Source: Antedon mediterranea
Lineage: Eukaryota > Animalia > Echinodermata
NCBI RefSeq assembly: GCF_964355755.1
Contig: NC_092675.1
Coordinates: forward strand, 4,831,812-4,895,811
Direction: 5' to 3'
Length of the DNA: 64,000 nt
Shown here piece after piece: positions 1-17,800 of the stretch; position 1 is the first letter of the stretch, and each line of letters opens with the position of its first letter. Position numbers and translations under genes: made by a program. The notes beneath the pieces were generated by a model. The model made no database searches and was not told where the DNA came from. It was given only the letters and a program-made list of their open reading frames with translations.

Positions 1-260
1 TACATGATATAAATAGGAACAACCTTTTTATATCAGTTAGTATGTTCGTACATTCACAAAGTGGACGGGAATAAATATAGAAAATGGCAATTGTTAAAAC
101 TTTTATGACAAAAATCAGCAGAGCCTCGGCCTTGGTGCAATCTACAACACTGTGCACTTAAGAGATAAATATATGCCGCATCCTGCATCAATCATGACAG
201 TTTATATAGTTACGGTTTTATTGGAACAAGGATTTGTATGAAGCTTCCACTTGTTAGGGC

Positions 261-1912
261 CTATAATATGTAGCAATAACCATCACGTTTAACCTCAAGA
301 TTCTCGAATCCCCAACTATTAATTCCATAATTCCCGCAACCTGTTCTAGCATGCGTTGTAGGGAAAATGACCTCTTCACTTTCGACCCAGCCGGCGTTAC
401 AGCAATCATAACCAGCTATTTGTGACGCTTGTAGTTGCGCTCGTGTTGCTAGTGCTCCTCCAGTGTAAGCAGAGCATCTATCTTTTGCATCCTGGTACGT
501 AAGTTGGTATCTTTCAGTTCCACGCACATTCATCACTCGATGTGAGGGAAATGGATCTGGAAACGTGATGTTCTGGTTTGTTAAAGGAATATAACACATG
601 GCGAAATATTCCATTGATGGGTCGTGTAGCTTAATGTAGTCACCAAATGGATAAAGCCAAAAATCCGACGGAATATTACCTGTGCAAGAATTTCCTCCCA
701 ATCCCTTCAAATACCATCCATTAGTACAAAGATCAACATCTAGTGAGTGTGATGCATTATACACCTCAAAAGGAGTCGCCAGCCGACCACCAAAGAGGGT
801 ACTGCATCTAGTTTCAGCTTCATTAGCGTTCAGTTTATCTGAATTTAAACCTGTTAGCCTTATAATTCGTTGGATTGTCGGAATATAATCAAACAAACCT
901 AATGGTTGATTATATCCTCTGTAACAATAATAGCCACTTTGATATGTCTTGTCTGGAAAAACATTACTTCGTTGATCTGGTGAATTCAATGTGCATTTGT
1001 CTCCGTTGATTTCGGTGAAGGCTATCTCACCACTAATCAGCCATCCTTCGATGCAGTTGTCCATACGTGGTTGATATGTGTTGTAAAGTTGTTCATACGA
1101 TGCAAGCGAACCTAAGTTATTGGTACACGTACTGGATGCTACTTCGTAAGTAGCATTAATTGAACTAGAATAAATACCATCTGAAAAAGACGAAAGAACC
1201 GCTCATCAACAAATATCTCATTGATGAGAGTTATATGTATTGTGTTTATTCTATAAAAATGATTTTGTGTCTTCTGTGTCGTAACACAGTTATATGGCTA
1301 CCACAGTATTGCTTTTTAAAATACAAAAGTATTTAGAAACAGCACATTATGGATATAATTTTTTAAATTAGAGATTATTTTAAATATCTAGGCATTATTC
1401 TACAGAAATCATTAGGTCTATACTCACGATTCTTTAAACTTTTATCCAATACCTATATAAGAGATAATACCACAATTAAAAGACATATTTTACACAATGA
1501 CATTAAATATTATAATTGTAAAGTTATAATATTATATTTTCCATGTACTTTTGTTTTCACGTAAAGAATGAGCAAAATATATAATATAGCCTATAGGGTT
1601 TAAAATACAAAAAGAAAAGTCGAATAACTATACCTTCTCTATATATTCAAATGAAAGTTCTTGTTGAAAATCTTCTGTATATGCTTCGTCTTGTACATTT
1701 TTGTTGAGTTGACACAAACGATCCTGCTTACTGTAGTTAACAGACCAACAGTAAACTTTCCTGGAACAAGCCAACAAACATCCAGCACGGTCGATGTTAA
1801 GAAGCTGGTAACTCCAGCCCAGAAGAGAACGTTGTGAAATCACTCTATATAATTGAGAACTTGTAGGTTCACTACAGAGTACGATTAAACAAAAGAGTAC
1901 GGGGAAATACAT
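261..1912 (-). CDS. Secreted protein: signal peptide + PAN/Apple domain + three Link (Xlink) modules, ~407 aa, 3 exons
   Basis: Exons 1912-1634 (donor GTATAG, phase 0), 1452-1428 (25-nt micro-exon, TAG|...|GTGAGT, phase 0 to 1) and 1180-261 (TTTTTCAG acceptor) join in frame. N-terminus MYFPVLFCLIVLCS is hydrophobic. CLLACSRKVYCWSVNY...LCQLN fits PAN. The last repeat RYQLTYQDAKDRC...GALAT..QL...GYDCCNAGW...FP....RTGCG...DGYCY is a clear Link module; two more divergent copies precede it. Confidence 0.85.
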
Positions 1913-2801
1913 AATGTTGACCTGTCCTCAATTATCCTATTTTGTCAAATAATGTACTTTTGCTTACTGCTTTAAATAAGAAGAGTTTGTCTGTGATAAT
2001 CAAAATTAAAATCGATTATTACATTTAGTATGCATTGGTATAGTAAATCGTTATGTTTGTACAAAATCAATATTGTATATTGTGGTAATAAAGATATACA
2101 TTGATGATTGATGTATCATTGCAATACCTGTTTGTATTTACATTGTACCGTTCTTCGTTGAAATCATTGTTGAACTGTAATTTAATATTTTAATTTGAAA
2201 AAGATCTAAATCTAATAATCAGTTCAACAGTTTTTTTCTTTCTTTCTAAATCTAATACTGTACAGAAATTGTGGATTCAGATCGCCTGTTCAAACATTTC
2301 TACTAACCTCTCAGATTCTGTATTGACGTACAAACACCATATTCGTGTCGCGTTTGTCAGTACAAAAGATTATAGCGAAGTTATTTTCAATTTATTTAAA
2401 AAAACGCAATGTTTAGTCCGTGTCATTCGGTATAGCTTAATTCACGAATTGTGCAAGTCCGTAGACAGAGCTTTTTCATAAAGTGCCTTTTTCAAACTAG
2501 AAAATATCAGCAGAAATGATAGTTAGACCTAAAGCCTTAATAACCTTTCCTATGACGATTTACGCCATTTCTAGAAAAAACGCTGTAATAAAACCCTGTA
2601 AAAATTCCTGCCTAGAGATTGTAAATTTTGGTAGAGTGAGTAACGATAACAATCTTTGTTGGTTACTATTGTTAAATTGATATTGGTAGCTAGTAATCGA
2701 AACACTAAATTGGTAGTCTTATGACTAGCAATTATTGTTCTGGTTTACATTCATTAAGGCCTTTTCAATAGCACAGCTGTGAGAGATCTGTAATAATTTA
2801 A

Positions 2802-3086
2802 AGATGTATTGTCCCCCAAAACATGAAAAATGAAGATTAATTAAATCGGACTTTGAATAAGTTATTTTGTAGTTTAAAAAAAGTTAATCACTTTCGTAGA
2901 AATTTTTTTATATAAAATGACCAAATAAATGGTTAAATTCAACCCAAAACCCATTGAAATTACAGTTTTTCAGGTAAATACATGTTTTTTCGATCCAATT
3001 TTTCGTCAAAGTGAATAACTATTATGTTACATTAAATGGCATACACAAATTTTGTTAAGAACTATTTTTTAGGGGACAATACATCT
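2802..3086. mobile_element. Non-autonomous DNA transposon (MITE) with TTAA target site, Kolobok/piggyBac-like
   Basis: TIR AGATGTATTGTCCC ... GGGACAATACATCT, flanked by TTAA on both sides; same termini at 15789-16318. Confidence 0.8.
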
Positions 3087-3487
3087 TTAAAGTTTTTAAA
3101 ACCGGAGATAATAATAAACAATACAGTAGCGAGAAATTACAATGTTTAACCATAAAACATGATTTCTTTAATAACCTGCAGAAGTAGTTTATTATTGCTT
3201 CTTTTGTTTTCAACACTAATCGATTTTACGTTCAATGTTATCACATCAAAGTAACACGTATCACAAACTTAAATTGTTTTCACGAAAACACAAATGTAAT
3301 CTGAAGCCTACGCTATAGTCTCCGAAATTATATTACTTGGCATAATCCCAAGTTATCATTCTGTTGTAATACCTGTATACCAACAAATCATGTATATTTA
3401 TGAAAAATGATATATTGGTGACGTTACAAAAACTGATTAAAATCTCGCCGCTTAATGTGACCAAAATAGCACAATATCTGCTTTTTA

Positions 3488-3790
3488 ATGATTGATTGAA
3501 ATATATATTTATACTGGGTAACCTCTTCAGTCAAAGACTGGTCTCCCAGAGGGCCCAGTTGGTGATCAGTGGCTGTGATGTACTAATACACCGGGGTAAT
3601 CCCCTACTCGTCTCGAAAGATGTACTAGGTTCTTTAAAGTGCACACGAGCAAGTTGTGTACACTGGACCTGCGGTTTATAGTCCTTATCCGAGAAGACTT
3701 GTTCTACAACCAGAACCATGGAGTGAGTGAGCCTTGGACCCCTGCCGATGTTATGGCCACTGTCTTAACCGCTCGGCCACTCACCCACAC
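3488..3790 (-). mobile_element. tRNA-derived SINE with Deu/Nin-like core
   Basis: Reverse strand has A-box TGGCCGAGCGG, core TCTTCTCGGATAAGGACTATAAACCG...GCACTTTAAAGAACC and a (TCAA)n tail; near-identical to 41578-41890. Confidence 0.85.
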
Positions 3791-4156
3791 ACAAGCTTAA
3801 CACTGCATCATTTGGTACTCTATCCAGTACCTGTTAAAATAATAATAAGAAATATTCAATTTATATTTATATAAATATAATTGTAACACTACCGAGAAGT
3901 AAATACAAAACTTTTATATTCCGTATATTGTCATGACTTTCCAAAACAATAAACAATCTTTAAATTTCAGTTCTTCTTTTTTAAAGTGTTATGGCATCTG
4001 TTATTTACTAAATGTTTCCTTATTGATAAAATCACTTGATTTCATAAATGTGTTTTACATATTTTAAGCGTTTTGTCTTAAAAGTGCGTTCAAACTTATT
4101 TTAGTCTCCGTCCACACACTTATATTGCTTATTTTACTTTTAGCATTTGTATTTAA

Positions 4157-4294
4157 AGCTCTGTCTACACTATCAAACTTTATGTGACAAAAAATGTGCC
4201 CATATATGGAAATGATAATGTCATATCACTACCATATTAGGGTATATGACACTTTTTTTGTCAAACTAGTTTGATGATAGTGTTAGACAGAGCT
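4157..4294. mobile_element. Short MITE (Tourist/Harbinger-like)
   Basis: TIR AGCTCTGTCTACACTATCAAAC; other copies at 7930-8075 (TAA target duplication) and partial at ~45933-46010. Confidence 0.8.
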
Positions 4295-4764
4295 TTAAGC
4301 TCACTGATATTTTGTGTGCAGTGGAAAATAAAAAATAAAAATAAAAATTAAATTAAAAAAATATCTGTATTGCTGCATAAGTTTCCTTCCTCCAGTCGCA
4401 TCAAAGAGGCAGTCTTCTCTAGCATCCAAATATATGCTGGGTCCGACTGTACAGTGTTTCCGACGGTAAAATAATTAACTCGATAATCAATAACAATAAC
4501 ATTATTATATTTTATATTTTAATGCAGCACAAATATAATCGTAAACTTTATTGTATTTCTATGCAGAGACATTAATTCTTAATTCGTGTGTATAACAATA
4601 CAATATTATAGGCTCATAAGGTTTGTCATTTTTTATATTCTTTCACAAAGATAATTATTAGGTAATGAATCTAGAATGCTTACAATAATAATGACCTTTT
4701 CGATGTATGTGAACGAACTTTTTTTGGCCTGTATCCAGTTAATTGTTATCTTCTTATTGATTTT

Positions 4765-5832
4765 TTCTTACTGTAATTAACAGACTAACGCCCGTATTCT
4801 TAAACCGGACTTTAGTCGTAGTTCGAGCTAAAACTAAAAAAATGACGTCATTTTAATTCATAAACCGAACTTCAACTAAATCACCGACTAAATCAGGCCA
4901 ACCTCGACTAAATCGAGACGGATTTTGATCGATTTTTTTAGTCCTGGAGGGGGAAGACTAAATGGTCGACTAAATGGTTTTTAAACGATGTTTATAAAAA
5001 ACGTAACAGTCATTAAGTTGTTATATTGGCCAGATATTGAAGAATGAAATATCTATATTTATATTAGCTTAATTAAATATACATTGGTATAGATTATAAT
5101 AATGAAAATCATCTTTATTTACAACTGTATACAAATTACATTATTTTCTTCGCGCAAGTCCGACTTGAGCTACGTCACGCCATAGCGACAATGGGAGATG
5201 CGGCAATTCACCACGCGATGGAATGTTTAGGGGGCCTAGCGCTTTCTTGTCACGCTATGAAGTGCGTGGTTCGTGGCGATCATAGTTTGTTGGGGGCCTA
5301 GAAAATATAAAAGTTACCGTACCGCCATGGTTCCTAAATATATTTTTAAGATTTTATTTGTTGTTAATCAAATATACTTCACTGTTAAATTAATACTGAT
5401 ATTGTTCTAATAATTAACGATTAAAATTATTTTTCATGTATATAGTCCTGATGCGTAAAAAGTGTTGTAAGAAATGGAAAGGGATATCAATGCGCAAAAT
5501 TTCGTCTGCTCCTCAAATACTCTCTTGTCATTGGCCAATGTATAGCCTTTGTTACCCAGACGTGTGCAACTCGACTAAAAGTTCGACTTCATTAAGTCGA
5601 ACTGCAAACTTCGACTACTTCGTTTTTGAATCGAATTTGAAGTAATAGCTCGAACTACGACTTTTCCAAGTCGAACTTCGAACTACGACTAAAGTCCGGT
5701 TTAAGAATACGGGCGTAACAGTAAACTTTCCTGGAACAAACCACCGAACATCCAGCACGGCTGATGTTAAGAAGCTGGTAACTCCAGACCAGAAGAGAAA
5801 GGTGTGATACCACTGTATATAATGAGAACTCG
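4765..5832 (-). pseudogene. Pseudogenic paralog fragment of the PAN-domain exon of the gene at 261-1912, split by a MITE
   Basis: 4768-4788 joined to 5719-5832 aligns with 1728-1862 (e.g. CAGTAAACTTTCCTGGAACAA, GATGTTAAGAAGCTGGTAACTCCAG). The Trp codon of YCWSVNY reads TAG here. Confidence 0.8.
4789..5715. mobile_element. PIF/Harbinger-type non-autonomous element
   Basis: Perfect TIR of about 38 bp CGCCCGTATTCTTAAACCGGACTTTAGTCGTAGTTCGA, TAA duplicated on both sides, subterminal CGACTAAA repeats. Confidence 0.9.
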
Positions 5833-5954
5833 CATAAGAAACATAATTAAAAAATGTTATTATGAAAAGATGATCCGAATTTGTCAAAACTATCTCTTCC
5901 TTTTTCCTTTCTTTCAATTAAGGCCAATTTATTATTACATTATATTATGTTATT

Positions 5955-6240
5955 ATTTACCTCCGCCAAGGAGGTATATGTAGTCGATCGCGTTTGTGGC
6001 TGTTTGTTTGTTTTACCAAAATGAAAATAGAGATAGATATGTGGTCGAGGACCATTCCATTAAATTTTGGGACCACGGTTCCAATTCTGGACCAATTTTT
6101 AGTATAATTATCAGACCTGATAGTGTTAAAAAATAGGACGATTGCAGTCTTAAAGTAACAAGTAAACTGAAATTGCATTTTCTCGAGAACTACTTGTCCA
6201 AAAAACTTCATTTTTGTACAAGAGGCAAGGGTTATAATTT
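5955..6240 (+). mobile_element. 5' fragment of Helentron/HINE-type non-autonomous element
   Basis: Begins TTTACCTCCGCCAAGGAGGT followed by (TGTT)n, the same head as the element at 48634; right boundary approximate. Confidence 0.55.
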
Positions 6241-6591
6241 GTGATTTGTAATTTTAAAACATAATTTGATTTAATTTACAGGTTTTTGTATACGAGTAGT
6301 TTTAAAAAACCTATTTCTTTTAAAATTCACCCGTTTGTTTTTGGCATTGTTCTATTGTTAGTTGAAAGGCTGCTTATACATACCATTACACCAAATTCGC
6401 ATATTTATTATATATAATAAACAATTAACATCAAATTACAGTGTGTGTGTGGCTTTACTATAATTCAATTTTGACGCGTATTGATGCTAGTTGACCTTTG
6501 TGTTTTGAAACCATTCTTTACACAAACAACCATCTGAAATTGTTTTCACTGGAGGAAAGACTACATATATTACAACGAACAAACAAATCGG

Positions 6592-6599
6592 TCTTTTTC
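6592..6599 (+). promoter_or_regulatory. Candidate TCT initiator / 5' TOP start of RACK1
   Basis: TCTTTTTC pyrimidine tract ~95 nt upstream of the ATG; RACK1 is a known TOP mRNA in other animals. Confidence 0.5.
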
Positions 6600-6688
6600 A
6601 GCTCACCTATTTTCTGTCTGTACAGAATCGTGGCAAAGGGCCACAAAAATCCGCTTAAATCAAGAAAACAACAAAACAACATTTAAAG

Positions 6689-12152
<5,464 letters not shown>

Positions 12153-12511
12153 TTCATCGAGCTTGATAAAAAAAATGGTCAATTTTAACGAATGAATCAT
12201 TATAAGAAATCATTATTTTAAATATAAGTTTCCAACTTACTTAAAAAACAATGTAACAACATTAAAAGTCTTTTTAAAAAAAAAAGATAACAAATAGATG
12301 TGTTAAATAATGTAAAATGCAAATCACATCATAAATAAATCTTCTGAATATACAGAAGAACAAAGAAAATGTGTGTTTTACTTTTCATTTTTTAGTGTTT
12401 CGTTACATAAAATGCAGAAGTGTGTTTATTTGAAATGCATATGTCGCTATTATAGTATCAGTACAATTGGGTGATTGAGAGCTGGACAGGAGGAATAGTT
12501 GTGTTGCATTT

Positions 12512-12887
12512 GCGAGTGAGTGGCCGAGCGGTTAAGACAGTGGAACCGTAATCCATAGCCATAACATTGGCAAGGGTTCGAGGCTCACTCGCTCCATGGT
12601 TCTGGTGGTAGAACAAGTCTTCTCGGATAAGGACTATAAACCGTAGGTCCAGTGTATGCATATTGCGTGTGTGCACTTTCTAGTACATCTTTGGAGATGA
12701 GTAGGGGTTACCCCGGTGTACTTGTTCACACACACACTTTCGTGGACAGACGTAATGACGCTGTAGTTGGCTGCCGATGACACGATGTGACCCTTAGTGG
12801 AGAAGAATGAATGAAAAGGTGTAACATCTAAGTCTACAGCGCTCTGATCTTCATGAAATAGCACTATATAAATGTCGCATTATATTA
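12512..12887 (+). mobile_element. tRNA-derived Deu/Nin-like SINE with an alternative, L2-like 3' tail
   Basis: A-box TGGCCGAGCGG, B-box GGTTCGAG, same core as the 3488 and 41578 copies, tail AGCGCTCTGA...GCACTATATAAAT. Confidence 0.85.
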
Positions 12888-14892
12888 CATTTTGCTCTCT
12901 GGCTGCTGAGTATAAAAAATGGTGTGTAGGGTTCAATTTGGTGCCATGTTTCTAGCGGTAATCAAGTGGAAATAATTGGCAGTGTTGGAAAACTCAACTC
13001 TTTTAGTAGTATACAGTGCAAAATCAATATGGAACATAATGTAACATATTTGATTATTCTGTTTATTATTGAGTATATACTGTATATATACATTATATAT
13101 AAACACAGTCACAGAACATTAATTCTAAATCACCTTATGATATACTGATTAAATTGTATTAATTTAATATGATAAAGATAAGGAAATCTGAGAATGAGAA
13201 AAAGGTCCCCGCAACTGAGATTCGAACCAGGAACCTTCTGCTTGATATCAAACCAGATGACTGGTATAGACCAACATTTGTTTTAATATACTCATATATG
13301 TGGTTTACATAATCATTAATTATCTTAAAGGACTTGGAATTAGGAAAAGGCGTCTCCACACACTAATCATCTACATTAAATAAATTAAAACATCAATTTC
13401 CTGTTTAGTTTACTATTCATCTATAAAGGAAAGGAGTCCATTTATAGGAACATTGTACAATTCATGTGGGAATTGAATGGACTATTGCAAACATGAAGAA
13501 ATCTAATGTGCCAGAATTTCTTGATATATGCCTTGTGGTCAGCAATGGTTATTGCCCTGTTAGTAGGAGCGTGGATAAATTTAATCCAGAAGAGACTATT
13601 ACTTGGAAATGGGTATGATGTCTCTGTATGGCATTGATTAGAGGCCTAAGAATTTCATTGTACAACTTGATTAACAGAAGTGGAGAAAGTATAGACAGTG
13701 CATATTAAAGTGTATGATTTCTATACAGTAATACATTAATCCAAATACTTAGTAGTAGAGGAATCAAATTAGAATTTACAATTCTCGGAATTTAATATGT
13801 TATTAGATGAACTCATAAGGGTTTTGATTAAAAATTTATCACAGAGAAGGTCTTATATACTAATAATAATATCATAAAAGGGCCTTTGTTTGGACAGAAC
13901 ATCGAAAATTGAACTTGATTATTTGGCATCATCACCGAATTCTTGAACTTCCTTGGCCGTTCTTTGTTGCCAAAAAAACATTTAAATTGACATTTCTTTC
14001 CTGTCGGGGGAGAGGGGACATTCCTGCGTTTTTGCCTATAAATATTTACACTTTATTTTGACATTTCTTGAACTTACAAGAATGAATCATCATCATCGTA
14101 TTACCCAAGACGAGGTGTGATAAAAAAGACCCTTTGTAGCACCGTGTAAAAAGTAATATCACTCCTTGTTGGTTCCCTCTGACCGCGACTGCGTCTGACC
14201 TCCCGACGTCCTGCGGTTAATTTATTTAAAGGTGGAGTCATTGAACAACTTTAAAGTTATAATGAATACATATTATACATATTATTATTATTGATTAATT
14301 TCAAATCAAATACTTTATACTTAAATAGTGTTTGATTGAACGAAAATGTGTTTTTTGTTAATGTTAATTTATTTTTAAATTGCGTACATTATTACGTTTA
14401 CCTATGGGACATAATGGACGGTTCCAAGGTAATTGACAGTTCTTACGTTTCAATTGACGGAAACTTATAAATTCAGCACGTACTCATTGATGCACTGTCG
14501 TCTTGTAAGCACTTGTGTTACATTTACGAGACTTAATTTCCAGTCAAGAGGTACCTAAACGCGACAAGTGCATATTTTTCGTTGCAGCGTATATGTCTAC
14601 AATAACTCATATGGAATAATTTACTCAATGGAAACTGTAGGCCTACAGACAACAATGATAATTGAGTTCAGTGCTGCGAACTCTAGGAGGACTTTCTGTA
14701 CTGGGTTGATAACTGACCAGCGACTGAGATGCTATTAAGATAAGAATGGTCGATCATCTGAATTTGTTTGCAGTTTTTGTTCCCAGGTGTCTTTTAGGAA
14801 ATATTTACCAAAAGAACTGAACATACACTATACAAATCTTTGTTGTATTGGAGTAAAGTAAAGTGATCAAGTTTGATCATTAATGTAGACAG

Positions 14893-17800
14893 ATGATTCG
14901 ACACGAACTGTCACAACATTTAGTAATCATCATTGTCTATTCACTTCTGACTATAATGGTATGTACTGATGCCATTAGGTTACATTTGGAACAGTATAGG
15001 TTAGGTTGAGGCTATTGGCACAGTCAACCGTGCATTTCATTCTAAGTTTCTATAGATACTCACGGTTAGGCCTACTGGCCAGACATCAGTTTTTTCTATA
15101 GACACTGGTTACTGGCCATACATCAGTTTTTTCTATAGGCACTGGTTACTGGCCAGACATCAGTTTTTTCTATAGACACTGGTTACTGGCCAGACATCAG
15201 TTTTTTCTATAGGCACTGGTTACTGGCCAGACATCAGTTTTTTCTATAGACACTGGTTACTGGCCATACATCAGTTTTTTCTATAGACACTGGTTACTGG
15301 CCAGACATCAGTTTTTTCTATAGACACTGATTACTGGCTATCACATCAGTTTTTTCTATCGGCACGGTCAACAATGCGTACAAAAATCTTTATTAAAATC
15401 GACGTGGTGAATCATGTTCCATTGTCTAATGACTTGTTTCCAAGATCGACCATGCTGATCGAAAACTTTATACTAGATGAGCAGTCAGCCATGCCGCAAA
15501 GTGAGTTCTGTTTTGTCGAAGGATTTCCATTCTTCAACAAAGCAAACTTTAGCATGGCAAAGGGTGGTGGAAGGAGAGGGAGGAATAATTGGGGATGTAG
15601 GGGACGTAGTTCTGTAGAATTCCAAATTCCAGCATACTTTTTCTAAAAGTAAAGTTGAGTACTTTAAAAGTATTTTCAAAGTAATTAATAATTTAAATTT
15701 AAATTAAGTGCACTAATTTATAAAATAGACTTAGTACAGTACACTTTGAAATTTAAATTAAATGGTTTTTATGTTTGTACACTGTTAAAGATGTATTGTC
15801 CCTTGAAACACAAAAAATTTAAATTGGATATATCAAAGTAATATTAAAGTTATTCACTTTAAGTCGAAATTTAAAGCCAAAAACAACAAGTTTTCCTAAT
15901 TAACAGGTAAATTAATTTGATTACATTTCTTCTGGAAAATTGCCGCGAGCGAAAGTAAACAAAGATTTCAAACCAGGAGTATGCATTATGCATGATGCTA
16001 ATAAAGATTGTTTACGACTCGTCACGGTTGAGATGGTGTTTTTACACAGATCGCGAGGAAGTTTTATGATTATGCATACAGAGTAGCCAAACAAGCCCGT
16101 TGCATTATGAGATATGTTTTGATCGAAAACTTTGACTGGAAGTCAAAGTAGTTATTTTTAGAACTAAGAAACGTCTGTATTTCAGTTTAATGATTTTTTT
16201 TTGGACTAATTTTTGGTGAAAGTTAATAACTATTATGATACTTCAAAATGACCCACTTTTTTTCAAAATATTGCGAAAAAAAATTTGTTTGGGAATTAGT
16301 CAAAGGGACAATACATCTTTAACTGAATGATGATTGTTTTTACAGGTTGTTAATTGTGCAAATCAGGATTTTTCAAAGACTGAACACTTTGATGGTAAGT
16401 TTGCATTGTACTGTAGGCCTACTCTTTTCAGGTGTTAATGGCAGAATGTTCTCACCAGAGTAAAGGTGGATAACTTCATAAGTACACAAAAATAATGGCC
16501 TTGTTCTTGACAATATTATATTGGGTTGTAATTGTAAGTATCTGCAGACTGACACTGACCCAATCCAATTAAATACTCTTACAGGATGTTAAAACAATTC
16601 AAATCATTCATAATGGAAATTGATGCATTTTATTTTTAATTAACAAAAAGAAAATGTAAAAAAATTCCTTAAACTCATACAGTAGTATGTAGAATAATAT
16701 ATAATTAATTGATATGGTTATTAATTTACTCAATTTTATTTTCAATACTTTCAGATTCCCCTTGTGAACATTATGAACACATTACACCTTATCGTTCCTC
16801 GTCAAATGGCGATTATATTTCCTACAATTTGTCAACTGAGAAAGAAGAGAAATACAGGGAATATTTGATGTTCGCAAACAATCATCCGGACTATGACATT
16901 CCAACAAATTTTCCAAAGAATAGTTCTTCATCAATATTTTATACATTTTCGGCTTTTGGTGAACAATTTGTATTAAACGTAAGCTTAAGTTCGCATCTGG
17001 TGGCGCCAAACACCTCGATTGAAAAACACCTTGATAATGGAACGATCTCTACAAACTCTGTGCAAAAGAAATGCTTCTACCAAGGAATAGTGAACAATTC
17101 ATATAATTCTATTGTGTCTATAAATAATTGTAATATAGGTTTGGTAAGTAACATTTTTTTCTTATTTGCATCTGATGTGTTTTGGAAAAAATTGCCACTG
17201 GTTCTGTTGGCAGCAAATAACTGATTAATAAAACTGTGTGAATAAAATTACACCATTTTTTTAGCAGCTGGAACAGGACAAATTTGAAAATAAAATCAGG
17301 TTTAGAATGATATTCTCAACATAGTTTAAACACCCTAAAGGTTTAGCAGGTTTATCGCTGTGCAACTTTTAGCCACTGTGCAAAATAACGGTTATTTGAT
17401 TGTCTGCTGTTTTGTCGACTAGTCTATATTGTACTTACAATATTGTTTGAAAATTCGATCACCCAAGTGCATTGAATTTGAGTATTTTTTTGGGGGTTTT
17501 AAACAGTTTTTTAGCAGATATATGTTTGATTAAATTTTTTCCATCTATTTTCAATAAATGGCTTTTCAGTGTTATGCAGCATGGGATTAGGGGAGGCTAA
17601 TATGATGTGATTAACTTTCTGTTGATTAGTTGCTTTCAAAAGTTATCTTGACGTTATGAACCCTACAAATTATTATAGCCTTTTGAAACAAGATCCAAAG
17701 TCCTATAAATTATTCTAACAAAAGAAACCCTATTCTACTCACCTGTGGGTAATTCTGATTTATGCTATGTAATTATATACCTTACATTTATTAGCACATA

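Noticed and set aside
13320-13830. Possible coding remnant between RACK1 and ADAMTS
   Set aside because: Many stops; looks like an old LINE fragment but too decayed to call.
15072-15362. CRISPR-like appearance of the 37-bp repeats
   Set aside because: Units are contiguous with no unique spacers, in a eukaryotic intron.
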